49,513 bases of DNA, taken from Octopus bimaculoides. Taxonomy: Eukaryota. The stretch covers positions 95,129,310 through 95,178,822 of the forward strand of contig NC_068987.1 in the NCBI RefSeq assembly GCF_001194135.2, read 5' to 3'. Position numbers and translations under genes: made by a program. Positions within the stretch are counted from its first letter, which is position 1. Each line of letters begins with the position of its first letter. The notes under the pieces were generated by a model. The model had not been told where the DNA came from. It worked only from the letters and a program-made list of their open reading frames with translations, and searched no databases. Below, in pieces: positions 1 to 12,270 of this stretch.

Positions 1-76
<76 letters not shown>

Positions 77-80
77 TGTA
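1..80. repeat. (TG)n microsatellite
   Basis: Directly visible TG dinucleotide run. Confidence 0.98.
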
Positions 81-839
81 GTTTTGGTGATTCAAACATG
101 AAAATAAAACTCAAAACATGAATCTATACATAGATACTTCTTTTATTATTATCATTAATAATCGTCAGAAGTCACCGATTGACTCAGTAGCCTAGAGTTC
201 CGTGAGTTAGTACTTATCAAAGTTTGATAAGTTGATGGCAGACTCTGCTTAACATTCCCAAAGCAATTTACGTAGAAAAGTATTTAATGTTTTTGATGTC
301 AACTGGTCAGTGAATGTTGACAATAAATTGACAAGAGACAAAAAAGAACAACATGAAAGGGAAACAATTTCAAAATCTACCATTTTTTTTTATTTGTACA
401 GGTTTAGAACTTACATTTGTGTTACATTGTTACATTGCTGAGTGCATTTGCTTGTATTACGAAGTGTCTCAGGTAAATAAAGAGAATAGGCATTGGGCAA
501 AGTCAGTCAGTAAACCTACCAAGGAAAATATTCTAGACCTGCCGACAATCCACCCTACAACTTTCTTCGGCTCTGATTTAAATTTCAATGACAGGGATTT
601 GTTCCTTCGATAGTGATGGACAGACAGACAGACAGACATACACACGCATACACACACACATACTTACATACATACATGCATACACACACATGCATACATA
701 CATACACACATACATACACATTACAAACCATTCAGTGTTACAGAAACTTTAACATCAATGGAGGTGTAGACATGCTTCTCACGCAAGGGTGGTGGCCGTT
801 GTCTCAAATCTGTACTAATGTCGTATGAAGCATGAATTG

Positions 840-1830
840 TGACATTGGAACATCGTCTGCAACAGGGGAAAGGGAACTGTAACTATCTTGCCCCAGTTTG
901 TGACCACGTAACCAATAACATAATTAAGATAGCTAATAAACTTGAGGAGAGATATGAAATAAGAACTGATATAGATTTCTCCCCAAGGAGCATTAGTAAA
1001 ACTACTAATCAGAACAACAGAAGGAAAAAGTGAACCAGTTCACCGAGAAGATAGTACATGGGTAACTTGAGCGCAAAACAAAAACCATAGAAGGGGCCGA
1101 TCATGTCACCAACTTGGCATGGAGTACCGACAAGTTTATGACATCCCATGTAATCCAAGAACCAGAGATCCCCACCATTTACCTACAACATAAAAGGCAG
1201 AAAACGTTGACAAGCAACAAATATAAGTTGTGCAAACCAAGACGGAAAACAGCAACCACATTTCTGCCAAGTGTGAGAGAACGTTTTCCAGGTATTATCA
1301 TCTCATGAGGCATGGCATGGTAGCCAGGACGACCATAGGATAACAAAAAGAAGAAAACCTATAAATTAAGTTTATAGTTTGACCCATCGCCCATATTGAG
1401 GGCGATGGGTCAAAAGAATCCTGGTGAAACCTGAAATTTAAACAGCCACCAACTTAAAACATAATCGGCCAGATATTGTTGTGTGAGATAGCAAAAAATA
1501 AAGTCATGTTCTGTTATGGAATTCGGTTGGCCTCTGGTCACGAATGTAATTCGAAAAATACAAGAGAAAAACGACATCTATGGACTATTGAGAAGGGGTT
1601 TACAAATCCAGTACCCAAGATACAGTTTCAGCTTCAAACCCATCATCATTGGAACAACAGGGTACATACAAACCCATCTGGAGCAAAGTATAGGTGAACT
1701 TGGAATCTTGGGGAGAGAATGCAAATCCTTAACTCATACGCTACAAATGATCGCGATATCTGGCACTATAAAAATCTGCAAGACCTTCTTAGGATTTAAA
1801 AGATGGCGGTTAAATCATTTATTCTAAATT
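840..1830 (+). mobile_element. Decayed 3' part of an RLE-type non-LTR retrotransposon (zinc knuckle plus restriction-like endonuclease)
   Basis: Frameshifted translation gives IQEPEIPTIYLQHKR, then KLCK...NHISAKC...YYHLMRH (CCHC knuckle plus RH motif), then LKHNRPDIVV, then MEFGWPLVTNV...YPRYSFSFKPIIIGTTG...GTIKICKTFL (PD-(D/E)xK RLE C-terminus). Stops and frameshifts are present. Confidence 0.85.
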
Positions 1831-1858
1831 AAAAAGACAAAGAGAATATATATATATG

Positions 1859-1897
<39 letters not shown>

Positions 1898-2567
1898 GTG
1901 TGACTACGTACATGCATGGATGTATGTACCTAGTTAAATGATATGACAGTCATGAAAAGGCACACCAGAACAACAATTTACCTACACATTTGGAAATAAT
2001 GGTAGAACTATCGAATTTAAACAACAAGCTGGTGTAAACGCAACGGGCTTAATATTGTTCAATGGGAATTAAAGTTATTGACTGCTTCACGGTTCAACAA
2101 CCCAACCCCACTGTAAATATCCTGTGTAAAATTTTGGAAAGAAGAACATTTATGGTAAAAGTCTTTAAGTTCCGCATAAATTCCAGCTATAGATTCTCAT
2201 TTCTTTCTAATATAATTGCTACACTGCACTATGTACTAGGATTGTCCAAAACAATCGACCGGATTGGAATTTATATCTTTCAAACCTAATTAGTTAACGA
2301 TACGATGGAAATTTGTGAAACGTTACAAATAGATTTCCATTCAGTTATATAGCAAAGATATATATATATACATAATCACTTATACTCATGTAGAATACAC
2401 ACATAAATAAACAGTTTGCATACATACATCCTGAAGAGATGTGAGCTTTGGAAGATGACATTGTAGCTTCAGAACAATATCCTAATGAATTCGGTTAGTT
2501 GACACATTTGGTAATATTTACATCATGCTATTTATATCTATAACCAGATATTGTTAAAAATAAATCT

Positions 2568-2780
2568 TTCTAATCTTGGCACAAGGCCCGTAATTTCGAG
2601 GGGAGGGGGAAAGTTGAATAAATTGACTCAAGTGCTTGACTGGTACTTTTATTGTATCGTCCCCCAAAAGGATGAAAGATAAGCTTGACCCCTACAGAAT
2701 TTAAGTTCAGAACGTAAAGAACCGAAAGAAAGCTCGCTAATCATGTGAGAAGCGTTGGCAATTCTGACTGCTCGCCGCCT
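2568..2780 (-). mobile_element. tRNA-derived SINE, diverged
   Basis: The reverse complement starts GGCGGCGAGCAGTCAGAAT (tRNA-like head), has a B-box-like TTCTGAACTTAAATTC, and continues with a CTTTCATCCTTTT...GTACCAGT body that I recall from abundant octopus SINEs. Confidence 0.75.
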
Positions 2781-3116
2781 TAATAATATTAATAATAATG
2801 CGGCACAAGTGAATTGAAAGACTTAGTTTTCAGTGATGTGACGACTGTGGAAATAATAAAATTATTGGATAATTATATTGTTTGAAACGTCTCCCTCAAA
2901 CTTCTTGTTATTTTGTATGGAGGATTGTTTTGTTTTTTTTTCTGTAGTTTATTATTTGTGTGTTGTTGTCTTTTTTTGTGGCTGCTGGCATAAAATATTT
3001 CAGCTGAGATGACAGATCAATGAATAAATATATCATATCAACCACATCGTCATTAGACGGATCAATTTTACAGCATAACTTGAAGACAATAAGGCAATTA
3101 GCAATTATCGCCAGCA

Positions 3117-3158
3117 TCACTGCTGCTGCTGCTGCTAATACTCTTGCTACTGCTACTG

Positions 3159-3225
<67 letters not shown>

Positions 3226-3250
3226 CAGTATCACCACTGTTGCTGCTACT
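3117..3250. repeat. (CTG)n/(CTA)n/(CCA)n compound trinucleotide repeat
   Basis: Visible. It is the source of the poly-Thr and poly-Val pseudo-ORFs. Confidence 0.95.
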
Positions 3251-3401
3251 GCTGTACAACCGTCAACAATGTAACAATAGTTTGGACAATGATAAAAACA
3301 AATGAGGGCCTTTGGTGAGATTAGTACTGTTGACAAATCTCTATTCTACCTCTTTCTCCTCATAATCCTCGTTGCTATTAATACTGTAGCAGCAGCACTA
3401 A

Positions 3402-3720
3402 CGGTGGAGGCGCAATGACCCAGTGGTCCAGTGGTTAGGGCAGCGGACTCGCGGTCGGAGGATGGCGGTTTCGATTCCTAGACTGGGCGTTGTGTGTGTT
3501 TATTGAGCGAAAACACTTAAAGCTCCACGAGGCTCGGGAAGGGGATGGCGGCGAACCCTGCTGTACTCTTTCGCCCTAACTTTCTCTCACTCTTTCTTCC
3601 TGTTTCTTGAGTAAAGCTGTGATGGACTGGCGTCCCGTCCAGTTGGGGGAGGGGTACACATACACCATAGAAACCGGGCCCATGAGCTTGGCTAGGCTTT
3701 AAAAGGGCGCAAGAAGAAGA
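3402..3720 (+). mobile_element. Near full-length tRNA(Arg)-derived SINE with an 11-bp target-site duplication
   Basis: Head GGAGGCGCAATG with A-box (CAGTGGTTAGG), anticodon-like TCG and B-box GGTTTCGATTCC. The body contains GATGGACTGGCGTCCCGTCCAG, which resembles a V-SINE central domain. Tail is (AAG)n. Direct repeat AGCAGCACTAA at 3391-3401 and 3721-3731. Confidence 0.9.
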
Positions 3721-4587
3721 AGCAGCACTAATGTCGTCGTCGTCGTCGTTGTTGTCATCGTCATCATCATCACCATCAAGAATTCCACCATAATTGTTGT
3801 CAGTTTCAGCTACTTTAGTAACTGTGTTTCAATTCTCTTCATTCTTAGATTGCCTTTCGAAACTGTTCTGTCCTCCTTTGCCATTCTTTGTGTGATGCCT
3901 AACTTCTTAAAGTCTAGTCATATCAAACTATAATAAGGGATTAATGATACGCGCCAGAGACCAAATACAAAGAACAAGTACCAAAGCCGGTCATAAGGGA
4001 TAATCGACAAAACAGGGTGTTTTCAGAATGCATTTCTCGAAGTCAATGTAGTTTCCTGAGTCATGCAATCAAACTCGTGTATAACGTTAATCATGAGACT
4101 ATTTTTCGTGCTGTAATGATCGTTGTTGCTTAATAAGTAACTAGAAGTTTGTTTGGTAACGTGCATCAATATATTTTCTTAAATTTAATATTGGAATAAC
4201 CGTTCACATTAACGCATTGTTTATTGTGACAATGTCAGACTTTTTACTGGCAAGTAAAACCTTTTATAAACCTGATCAAGATAACATTCTCAGTTTACAA
4301 ACATGAAAAGTGGTTTTCTGAAATTCCTTGGCCATGTAAGCAAAGATGGATGTTGCAATTTTCAAATGTCCATAGTATTTGAGGATCAGGTTTTATATAT
4401 GAATTTTTATTTTTACTTTTAACTGTTCAACTCATTGCTTTCCCTTGGTAAGAAATACTAAAGCTGAATTAATAGGATCAGAAACAAAAAAAAACTAACT
4501 TGAAGTATTTCGTTTTCGCATTTGGTTCGCAAGATTCTTGAATTGAACGTGTATTGAACATATTTTGATGTAACTCGGGTGGATTAT

Positions 4588-4596
4588 TACACCAAT

Positions 4597-4639
<43 letters not shown>

Positions 4640-4640
4640 T

Positions 4641-4695
<55 letters not shown>
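4588..4695. repeat. (CA)n microsatellite
   Basis: Visible. Confidence 0.97.
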
Positions 4696-4696
<1 letters not shown>

Positions 4697-6250
4697 TGGT
4701 TTATTTCATTTCTTTCATATTCATTAGTCAAATAGTTAACCATTTAACCAAACGACTAATTCATTGTTCGATGAATCGTTTGGTTAATCAATCACTTGTC
4801 AATCTAATATTTGGCAGGCATGTTACACTGACCCTATCAACCCCGCCACAAAAAAAAAAAACAATTGTAGACCTATAGGTTGATAAACTTACAGTGGTGT
4901 GGACGGGTGTGTTTGTATGTGTGTGAGAGAGAGAGAAAGAGGAGAGAGAATAAAGTCAATAAACATACACCAGTGTGCTAGTAAATGCATTAATAAGCAC
5001 AGATCTCTGTATTAGAGCAAATGTGGGTTTAGATACATTGCATAAGCCTGTGTGTGACATAGTCCATTGCAAAGAACATGCCGTATTCTTTACTTCTCTG
5101 AGTTATTAGAATTGAAGAGAATCATGAAATTGTAAGTTGATTCCTACCATTCCCCACAATAAGTAAAGCAAAGTGAGTTGACCGTCTATTCACGCACTCA
5201 TAGACACTGACGCCCACTCACACATACATGTTCTTTCTGTCACACACAACCCACATCATGCCATATAGGCACGCATGCACACACAACGTGCACTCGTACT
5301 CTCTTTAACACACCCACTCTCTCACATACATTTTCACTCACATCCCAATAATGATTATGTAAACTAGAAGGCAGACAGATCTGGAGCAGTCCTAGAGCAA
5401 GGAGGACATGTTACTGCAGATATCACGAATGGCGATAAAAAGGCTCTGATGAGCTTAGCCAATTGATAAATCAATCGACTAATTATTTAGTTAAATTGTT
5501 AAAAGTAGTGAAATAGAACCAGTGTATGTGTTTATTATTGGTATTATGAACCTCCCGAGATGCAACAGAATATTTTTCTTTAGTGATTTATTCCTGTTTC
5601 CAAAATACGTTGAAATATTAAATATTCTTGTGGCTTTAACTACTTATTTATGACTAAAGTTAAGAATTAGTATTTTTCAAGAGAACCAAAAATAAATTTA
5701 TACCATGAAATATTATTTAACAGACCAGACTGGATATGAACCAGTATCAAGCATTATAATATTTGAATTTTGATTTCGAATTTGGGCATAATACCTTCAA
5801 TGTTATTTTCTGCTAATTTTCCAAGCTTCAAGTGACTAAGAGAAATATAACTATAACTTAGTGACTAATTGAAATATAACTGCTACTTAATATAGAGCAC
5901 AACGAGGAAAACTTAGAGAAGGGTTTAGTCACTTAAACCGGTCCCATCACTTGACTGGTGCTTTGTCAATCTTGATAATACAAAGAACCGAACTCCGTGT
6001 GTATGCTGTTTGTGTTTTGTGCTGTTTTGATTAGTTTTTATGATTGTTGTTATGTTATTTGCTTCTCTGATGTCCATTTCGTCTATATTGTTTGGATGTT
6101 GATAAATGTGTGTGAATCATTAATTTCTTATTCTTTGCCTCCAATCGTGCAGTTAATGATTTTGTTTTCTGCTCATGTGGTGGCAGTGTTCTGGCTTCTG
6201 GTGGGGTTGTGAGTTGCGCCGTGCTTGAGTTTGTAATATTGTTGGTGTTT

Positions 6251-6442
6251 GTGATGATGATGATGATGATGATGTTGATGATGATGATGATCATGGCGAG
6301 GAAGAAGAGGAGGAACTGGAGGAGGAAGAAGAGGAGGAACTGGAGGAGGAAGAGGAGGAGGAAGAAGAAGAAGAAGAAGAAGAAGAAGAAGAAGAAGAAG
6401 AAGAAGAAGAAGAAGAAGAAGAAGGAGAGGAGGCGGAGGAGG
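6251..6442. repeat. Compound (GAT)n/(GAG)n/(GAA)n trinucleotide repeat
   Basis: Visible. It includes a duplicated GAGGAAGAAGAGGAGGAACTGGAG unit and is the source of the poly-K, poly-F and poly-S pseudo-ORFs. Confidence 0.95.
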
Positions 6443-6664
6443 GTGTTAACTGTATTGGTGCTGCTGTTCGAGGTGGGGCTGGTGTATTGTTGATCAAATG
6501 TATTCCTCACCACGCACACGCATGCGCATGTTCAAACCTCCCAGCATATTTGCCATAATGCTTTCTCTGTTCCTGTTTTGTTGCTATTCGACATTTTAGC
6601 CATTTCAAGCATTTCTCTTCAACTTCATTTCACGACATATCTGAGTGATCCGGGACGTGATGAG

Positions 6665-6820
6665 CCTTGTCTAGGAAAGTACTTATTGCTCGTCTCTTCC
6701 GCCTGCTTCATAATCTCCCCCAACCGTATCGCTAGCCCATCCATACATTTAATTTTGCCGCTATTCAAAACTAACACACCACACTTTTTCAGTCCGAACT
6801 CTTTTCTGATATCAACACTG

Positions 6821-6821
<1 letters not shown>
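6665..6821 (-). mobile_element. Short RT fragment of an R4/Dong-like RLE LINE
   Basis: Minus-strand translation FSVDIRKEFGLKKCGVLVLNSGKIKCMDGL...EETSNKY matches the DIGMEFGLxKC...YKYLG region downstream of the YMDD motif. Confidence 0.75.
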
Positions 6822-7055
<234 letters not shown>

Positions 7056-7206
7056 TCGGTATATATGTATGACAGAAAGATTTTTAAAAATCTTCTTTCA
7101 ATCAGCGTCCTTTAAAATGTTTGAAACTTTGATATTTGTGTGTAGATTAACCTGCCACATATGTAAACAGCACGTCATAGAGGGAGACGGAGGGAGAGAA
7201 TGAGAG

Positions 7207-7243
<37 letters not shown>

Positions 7244-8738
7244 GCTTTTACGTAGAGGTGTGTGTAAATGTAATAATGCATGGTGTCTACGGTTTTTTAT
7301 TGACTACACAGATCACATTGTTTTCGTGGCAAAAGAAAATCATAAAGTATGGCAGATGTTCTCACAAACCCTTATCTAGTGCCAACCTAACGAGATATTC
7401 TGCCAACAATATTGATTACAGAGAAGAGAATGCGAGGCTTGTAAAGTGTGCTCCATTTGTAATAACGACGTATCTCTTGGACTTCATGTGTTGCACATAT
7501 GTTTGTTATTATACTAAGATTCACACCCGCTTCACATACCAACTTGCAAGTCATAATAGTTGTCCGACTATTTGTAACAACCGGAAGTCAACATTGTCTA
7601 AATATCCACCATCTTAATGTAGTCCTTCATAATTTTATATTAAGCGATATTTTACTTTATTTCATGATTGCAGAAGATATTTGCATGCTTATTTATTTCA
7701 GGATAACACATTTATCATCAGCCGTCCATAATTTATCTATTCGCAAATCACCTCACATGATATTATATATATTATACACATAATTATATACATGTTAAAC
7801 ACACAAACATATATACACATAGGTGCACATATATGCACACCTATTTCTCGTAACCCCGAGCAGATGAATTTTTCGCCTTTTACTGTGTACGCACACACAC
7901 GTGCGCGCGCGCGTATATATATATAAACAAAGACACACACACACACAGCACACACACACACACACACGCACACACACACACACGCACACACACACACACN
8001 NNNNNNNNNNNNNNNNNNNNNNNNNNNNNNNNNNNNNNNNNNNNNNNNNNNNNNNNNNNNNNNNNNNNNNNNNNNNNNNNNNNNNNNNNNNNNNNNNNNN
8101 NNNNNNNNNNNNNNNNNNNNNNNNNNNNNNNNNNNNNNNNNNNNNNNNNNNNNNNNNNNNNNNNNNNNNNNNNNNNNNNNNNNNNNNNNNNNNNNNNNNN
8201 NNNNNNNNNNNNNNNNNNNNNNNNNNNNNNNNNNNNNNNNNNNNNNNNNNNNNNNNNNNNNNNNNNNNNNNNNNNNNNNNNNNNNNNNNNNNNNNNNNNN
8301 NNNNNNNNNNNNNNNNNNNNNNNNNNNNNNNNNNNNNNNNNNNNNNNNNNNNNNNNNNNNNNNNNNNNNNNNNNNNNNNNNNNNNNNNNNNNNNNNNNNN
8401 NNNNNNNNNNNNNNNNNNNNNNNNNNNNNNNNNNNNNNNNNNNNNNNNNNNNNNNNNNNNNNNNNNNNNNNNNNNNNNNNNNNNNNNNNNNNNNNNNNNN
8501 NNNNNNNNNNNNNNNNNNNNNNNNNNNNNNNNNNNNNNNNNNNNNNNNNNNNNNNNNNNNNNNNNNNNNNNNNNNNNNNNNNNNNNNNNNNNNNNNNNNN
8601 NNNNNNNNNNNNNNNNNNNNNNNNNNNNNNNNNNNNNNNNNNNNNNNNNNNNNNNNNNNNNNNNNNNNNNATAGAACCTTCTTTTTTATTATTTTCTCGT
8701 ACAAGCCTTCAATATGTCTTAATGCTTTTTATTGTTTT

Positions 8739-8918
8739 TGTTGTGTCGACGCCCCCAAGTGAAGAACTAGTAGCGCCCAAGACATATAAATAGAAGTAGT
8801 CTAGCCATGGTAGGAGTGTTGAGTAGCAGTCGAGTAGCAGTTGTGTAGCGGTTGAGTAGAGATCATCCGAAGGTGCTGGATAGTAGTATTGTTGAGTCAT
8901 AACAGTGGCGACGAGAAT
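8739..8918 (+). mobile_element. Short gypsy-type LTR followed by a primer-binding site
   Basis: TGTT...AACA termini (8739-8904), TATAAATA at 8785-8792, then TGGCGACGAG at 8906-8915, complementary to the 3' end (CUCGUCGCCA) of tRNA-Ser(GCU). No gag or pol follows. Confidence 0.6.
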
Positions 8919-9359
8919 CTCGTAGCTCACACAGCTACTGCGTAGTATTGAGACATAACAGTTTTATATATATTATTTAATATTTTGTTATTTTTCCCTT
9001 TTAATTGTGGGATTGTATACGTGTGTGAACATTTGTATACGTATGCATATGTTAAATGTGTATGTGTGTGCGTGTGTATATATGTCTACGCGTGTATGTA
9101 TGTATATCTGCGGTTGCGTGTCGATAGGAGGGTGTATATATATGTATAAGTATATCTGTATACATATGTACATATATGTATATTCATATATGCGCTGAGT
9201 GTGAATACATGCCTGTACGAGTATGTATACATGTACGTGTTTGTGTATATAATGTCTAATATATTTGTAAGCATACATCTATGTCAATATGAAGATTGAG
9301 TTGCGTACATATATATACGTATGTGTGTGTGCATATTTATACATGCATGTGTATGTATA

Positions 9360-9442
<83 letters not shown>

Positions 9443-9552
9443 GCATATGCGTGTGCGCGTGTAGAGATGTGTATGTGTGGCGCGTAAATGCACGTATATG
9501 TTTTGTTTGTGTATGCGCATATGTATATACACGTTTGTGTGAGTGTGTACGT

Positions 9553-10305
9553 ATGGCATTAACAAAGAAGATTGCCACAATTGGCCTAAACACCTACCTG
9601 AAAAACTCTGATTACTGGATGTTAAAACTTGTCTCAAAGTATGAAAACAAGAAAGCATCATACTCAGTAACAAAAGAGGCAGGGAAATATCTAAGTGAAT
9701 TCCAAATACAACAAATTCCAGAATTAGATTTACTAGAAACAAGCACAGAAAAAGCTAAGCGTATGAAAACCCGTACTAAAACTACTGGGTGAGATGTTTT
9801 TACTGATAAATGTCAAGAAAAAACTCTCAATGGCAAATACCCAAAGAGAGCTAATAGTACCGATGCTGACAAAGCCTGTAATCATCTGGCTTAAAATCAG
9901 AAACAGAATGGTATATCATAGAAGCCCAAGATCAATGGTTATCTACAAGGAACTACTAGGCCAACATATTAAAGAGCGGTAGTAGCCCAACATTCGTGTA
10001 TGTCAACAACAAAATGAAACCATTGATCATGTTGCCTCCATGTGGAGACTTCTTGCGCCTACAGAGTATCTCAACAGGCATGATAGAGCAGCACAATATA
10101 TTCACTGGGTAATTTGTAAAAACTTGGATCTACCCAATGATAAAAACTGTTGGGGACACAAACCACCCCCAGTGCTTGAATATGATCACATCTCACTCCT
10201 CTGGAACTTCACCGTTGAAACTGACAGAAAGATAGATGCGAATAGGCCAGACATTATATTGAATGTCTTCAGACAAAAATCATTGATATAAATGTCCCAA
10301 TCGTT
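9553..10305 (+). mobile_element. R4/Dong-like RLE LINE fragment A
   Basis: Translates to EKTLNGKYPKRAN, LKSETEWYIIEAQDQ, CQQQNETIDHV...EYLNRHDRAAQYIHWVICK and TDRKIDANRPDII (CCHC knuckle, RHD and RLE PD motifs), with stops and frameshifts. Confidence 0.88.
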
Positions 10306-10319
10306 AAGTTAAGCTAAAC

Positions 10320-11080
10320 GCAAAAGAAATAGACAGCACAATCTCAACAATGGCTGAGAAGCTCAGGACTCAAAGCAGAGACTGAAGGAATTTTAATTGC
10401 AGCACAAGATCAAAGCCGCACCACCGGAAATTACCAAAATCATATAATGAAAGGAAATACAACTAACTGCAGAATATGCGGAAATAGACAAGAAACAGTA
10501 AATCATATTGTCTCTGGCTGCCCAGTCCTGGCTAAGAAGGAATATATTCACAGACACGACAGAGTTGGATACACTGAAAGCTATTGCAACACTATGGAAT
10601 AACATCAGAAAAAAGATGGTATAGGCACACCCCAGAAAAAGTCACAGAAAATGAGGAAACAAACATACTTTGGGATATGCCAATACACACAGATAAAGAA
10701 ATTAAGGCCATTTGGCCAGACATAGTTGTCAGAGATCATCAAGAACAAAATGCTTTTTAATCGATGTATCAATACCAACAGATGACAACGTTTCCCTAAA
10801 AGAAATGGAGAAACTTTAAAAGTACAAAGATCTGGAAATAGAGGTAACTCGAATGTGGAAGCTAAAAACAGAAACAATTCCTATCATAATAGGCACATTA
10901 GGTATGATAAAAAAAAATATAACACACAGAGAATAGTATTGCTAGGCACCGCACGCATCCTACATAAAACACTTTCAATACAGTAAAAACGAGAGCATCA
11001 CAACAAACCACGGCACATACCCAAGGCACACAGAGCTGCGCTCGGTAGTGAAGTGAAAGCACGTGATAAAAATAAGACAA

Positions 11081-11111
<31 letters not shown>

Positions 11112-11112
11112 T
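10320..11112 (+). mobile_element. R4/Dong-like RLE LINE fragment B with 3' UTR and (AAT)n tail
   Basis: Translates to WLRSSGLKAETEGILIAAQDQS, CRICGNRQETVNHIVSGCPVLAKKEYIHRHD, PDIVVRD, IDVSIP...KYKDLEIEVTRMW...IPIIIGTLG and LLGTARIL. A short 3' UTR ends in (AAT)n at about 11085-11112. Confidence 0.9.
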
Positions 11113-11121
11113 TGATAGTAA

Positions 11122-11169
<48 letters not shown>

Positions 11170-11171
<2 letters not shown>

Positions 11172-12270
11172 ATCTTTACGTAATTGGCCACAAGGGACGA
11201 AAACAAGCCAAAGAAGGACAATACAACAAAAGGGACAAGTGTGAGGTATAAAATAAACTTATAACAATTAAGAATGGAAATTTAACAATAAAATTCCCCA
11301 AAAGAGAGGAGTTCCATCTAGGGACCACCAAAGAATCCCACACATCCTGGTCACTCCGACCGTCAAGGTTATTTCATGCTTGCACCTCACTTCTTCTAAA
11401 CTCCTACAACTTACAAGCATATGTTTAAAGTCGGATGAAACGCCTAGACACTGGACGAATGTATGCAGAATTGCTTCACCTACCTGAGCACATCTCGTAC
11501 AGGTGTGTCGGACAGCACTTCCATGCCTATAGAGCATATTTCAAACTGGTAAAGCCCTCTGGTAGCACTGCCATGCCAACGAAAAGACCAGCTATTTGAT
11601 CCCTCAAAGTGTCCTCAAGGACGTCACTGTTCTTGCCCACCACTATTCCCTTATTGAACTCCAATGTTGAACTTTCATCGATCGTATTACCCGAAAAACA
11701 GAACGTTGTGAGCGCTTGCTAAGACTCCAGGTGCCAAGTGCACTTTCTCGGTCTACGCTTGATCTAACTCCATCAATGGTACGAGCTTCTGAAAGTCAGT
11801 CTAACAAACTATGCTTGCTCAATTTTAAGGAAACTCTGAACATGTCGCTTCCTCAGCGCTCGTCTGCGTACCATTAGCCACGTCATGCCTAGTCCTTTAC
11901 TTAGATGGCAGTAGTAGATAACGGAAGTGATGTACGCATTCGCCACCTCCGCTCTGTCCTTCAGGGACAGCTTCCTCTCTGCTCATATCTGCGTGAGACT
12001 GGCCACCTTGTTCGTCACCTCCGCTCACTTCTTGCTCACCTGGAGATCGAACCAAACCAGACCCCGAGTATTTTAATCTGTCTTTCCACTCCAGCACCCT
12101 ACGATACTGTCGGTCGGCAGGGACCTACTTCTTAAGGTGCCGAGTTACAGGTCCACCGATTTTTACTCATGTCACTGCTTTGTACTCCTTTGGGGAAGTG
12201 CCGATCACCTCGATATCCAAAATGTCCGACACTATTTTGGCGACGTCGTCCGCATAAGCCGAGATAAAAT
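11170..12270 (-). mobile_element. L1/Tx1-like LINE fragment 1 (YADD to 3' UTR)
   Basis: Minus strand gives SAYADDV (YADD at 12245-12256), KILGVWFG-like and the C-terminal CTRCAQVGEAILHTFVQC. The 3' tail CCCTTGTGGCCAAT resembles the tail at 46350-46413. Confidence 0.8.

Noticed and set aside
1945-2480. Possible very old Penelope endonuclease remnant (HIWK...NYRI) with CTGAAGA at about 2431
   Set aside because: The motifs are too few and too degraded to support a call without an alignment.
2908-3336. Homopolymeric or dipeptide ORFs (poly-V/T/K/F/Y/L, VCVC, HTHT, YIYI) throughout the window
   Set aside because: They are translations of microsatellites, with no domain or splice support.
3406-3482. 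tRNA-like sequences with A and B boxes (also 18480-18547, 31590-31652, 24928-24970)
   Set aside because: They continue into SINE bodies and lack a proper acceptor stem, so they are SINE heads rather than tRNA genes.
5446-5470. CTGATGA hammerhead core word
   Set aside because: No stem II followed by GAAA, so probably a chance match.
4510-5580. Diverged inverted similarity between about 4540-4590 and about 5525-5570
   Set aside because: Short and weak. At best these are two old copies of a small repeat.
7880-8704. Long ORFs full of X (also near 22.7-23.6, 25, 29, 30.5, 37.6-38.3 and 41-42 kb)
   Set aside because: They are translations of N gaps, not coding sequence.
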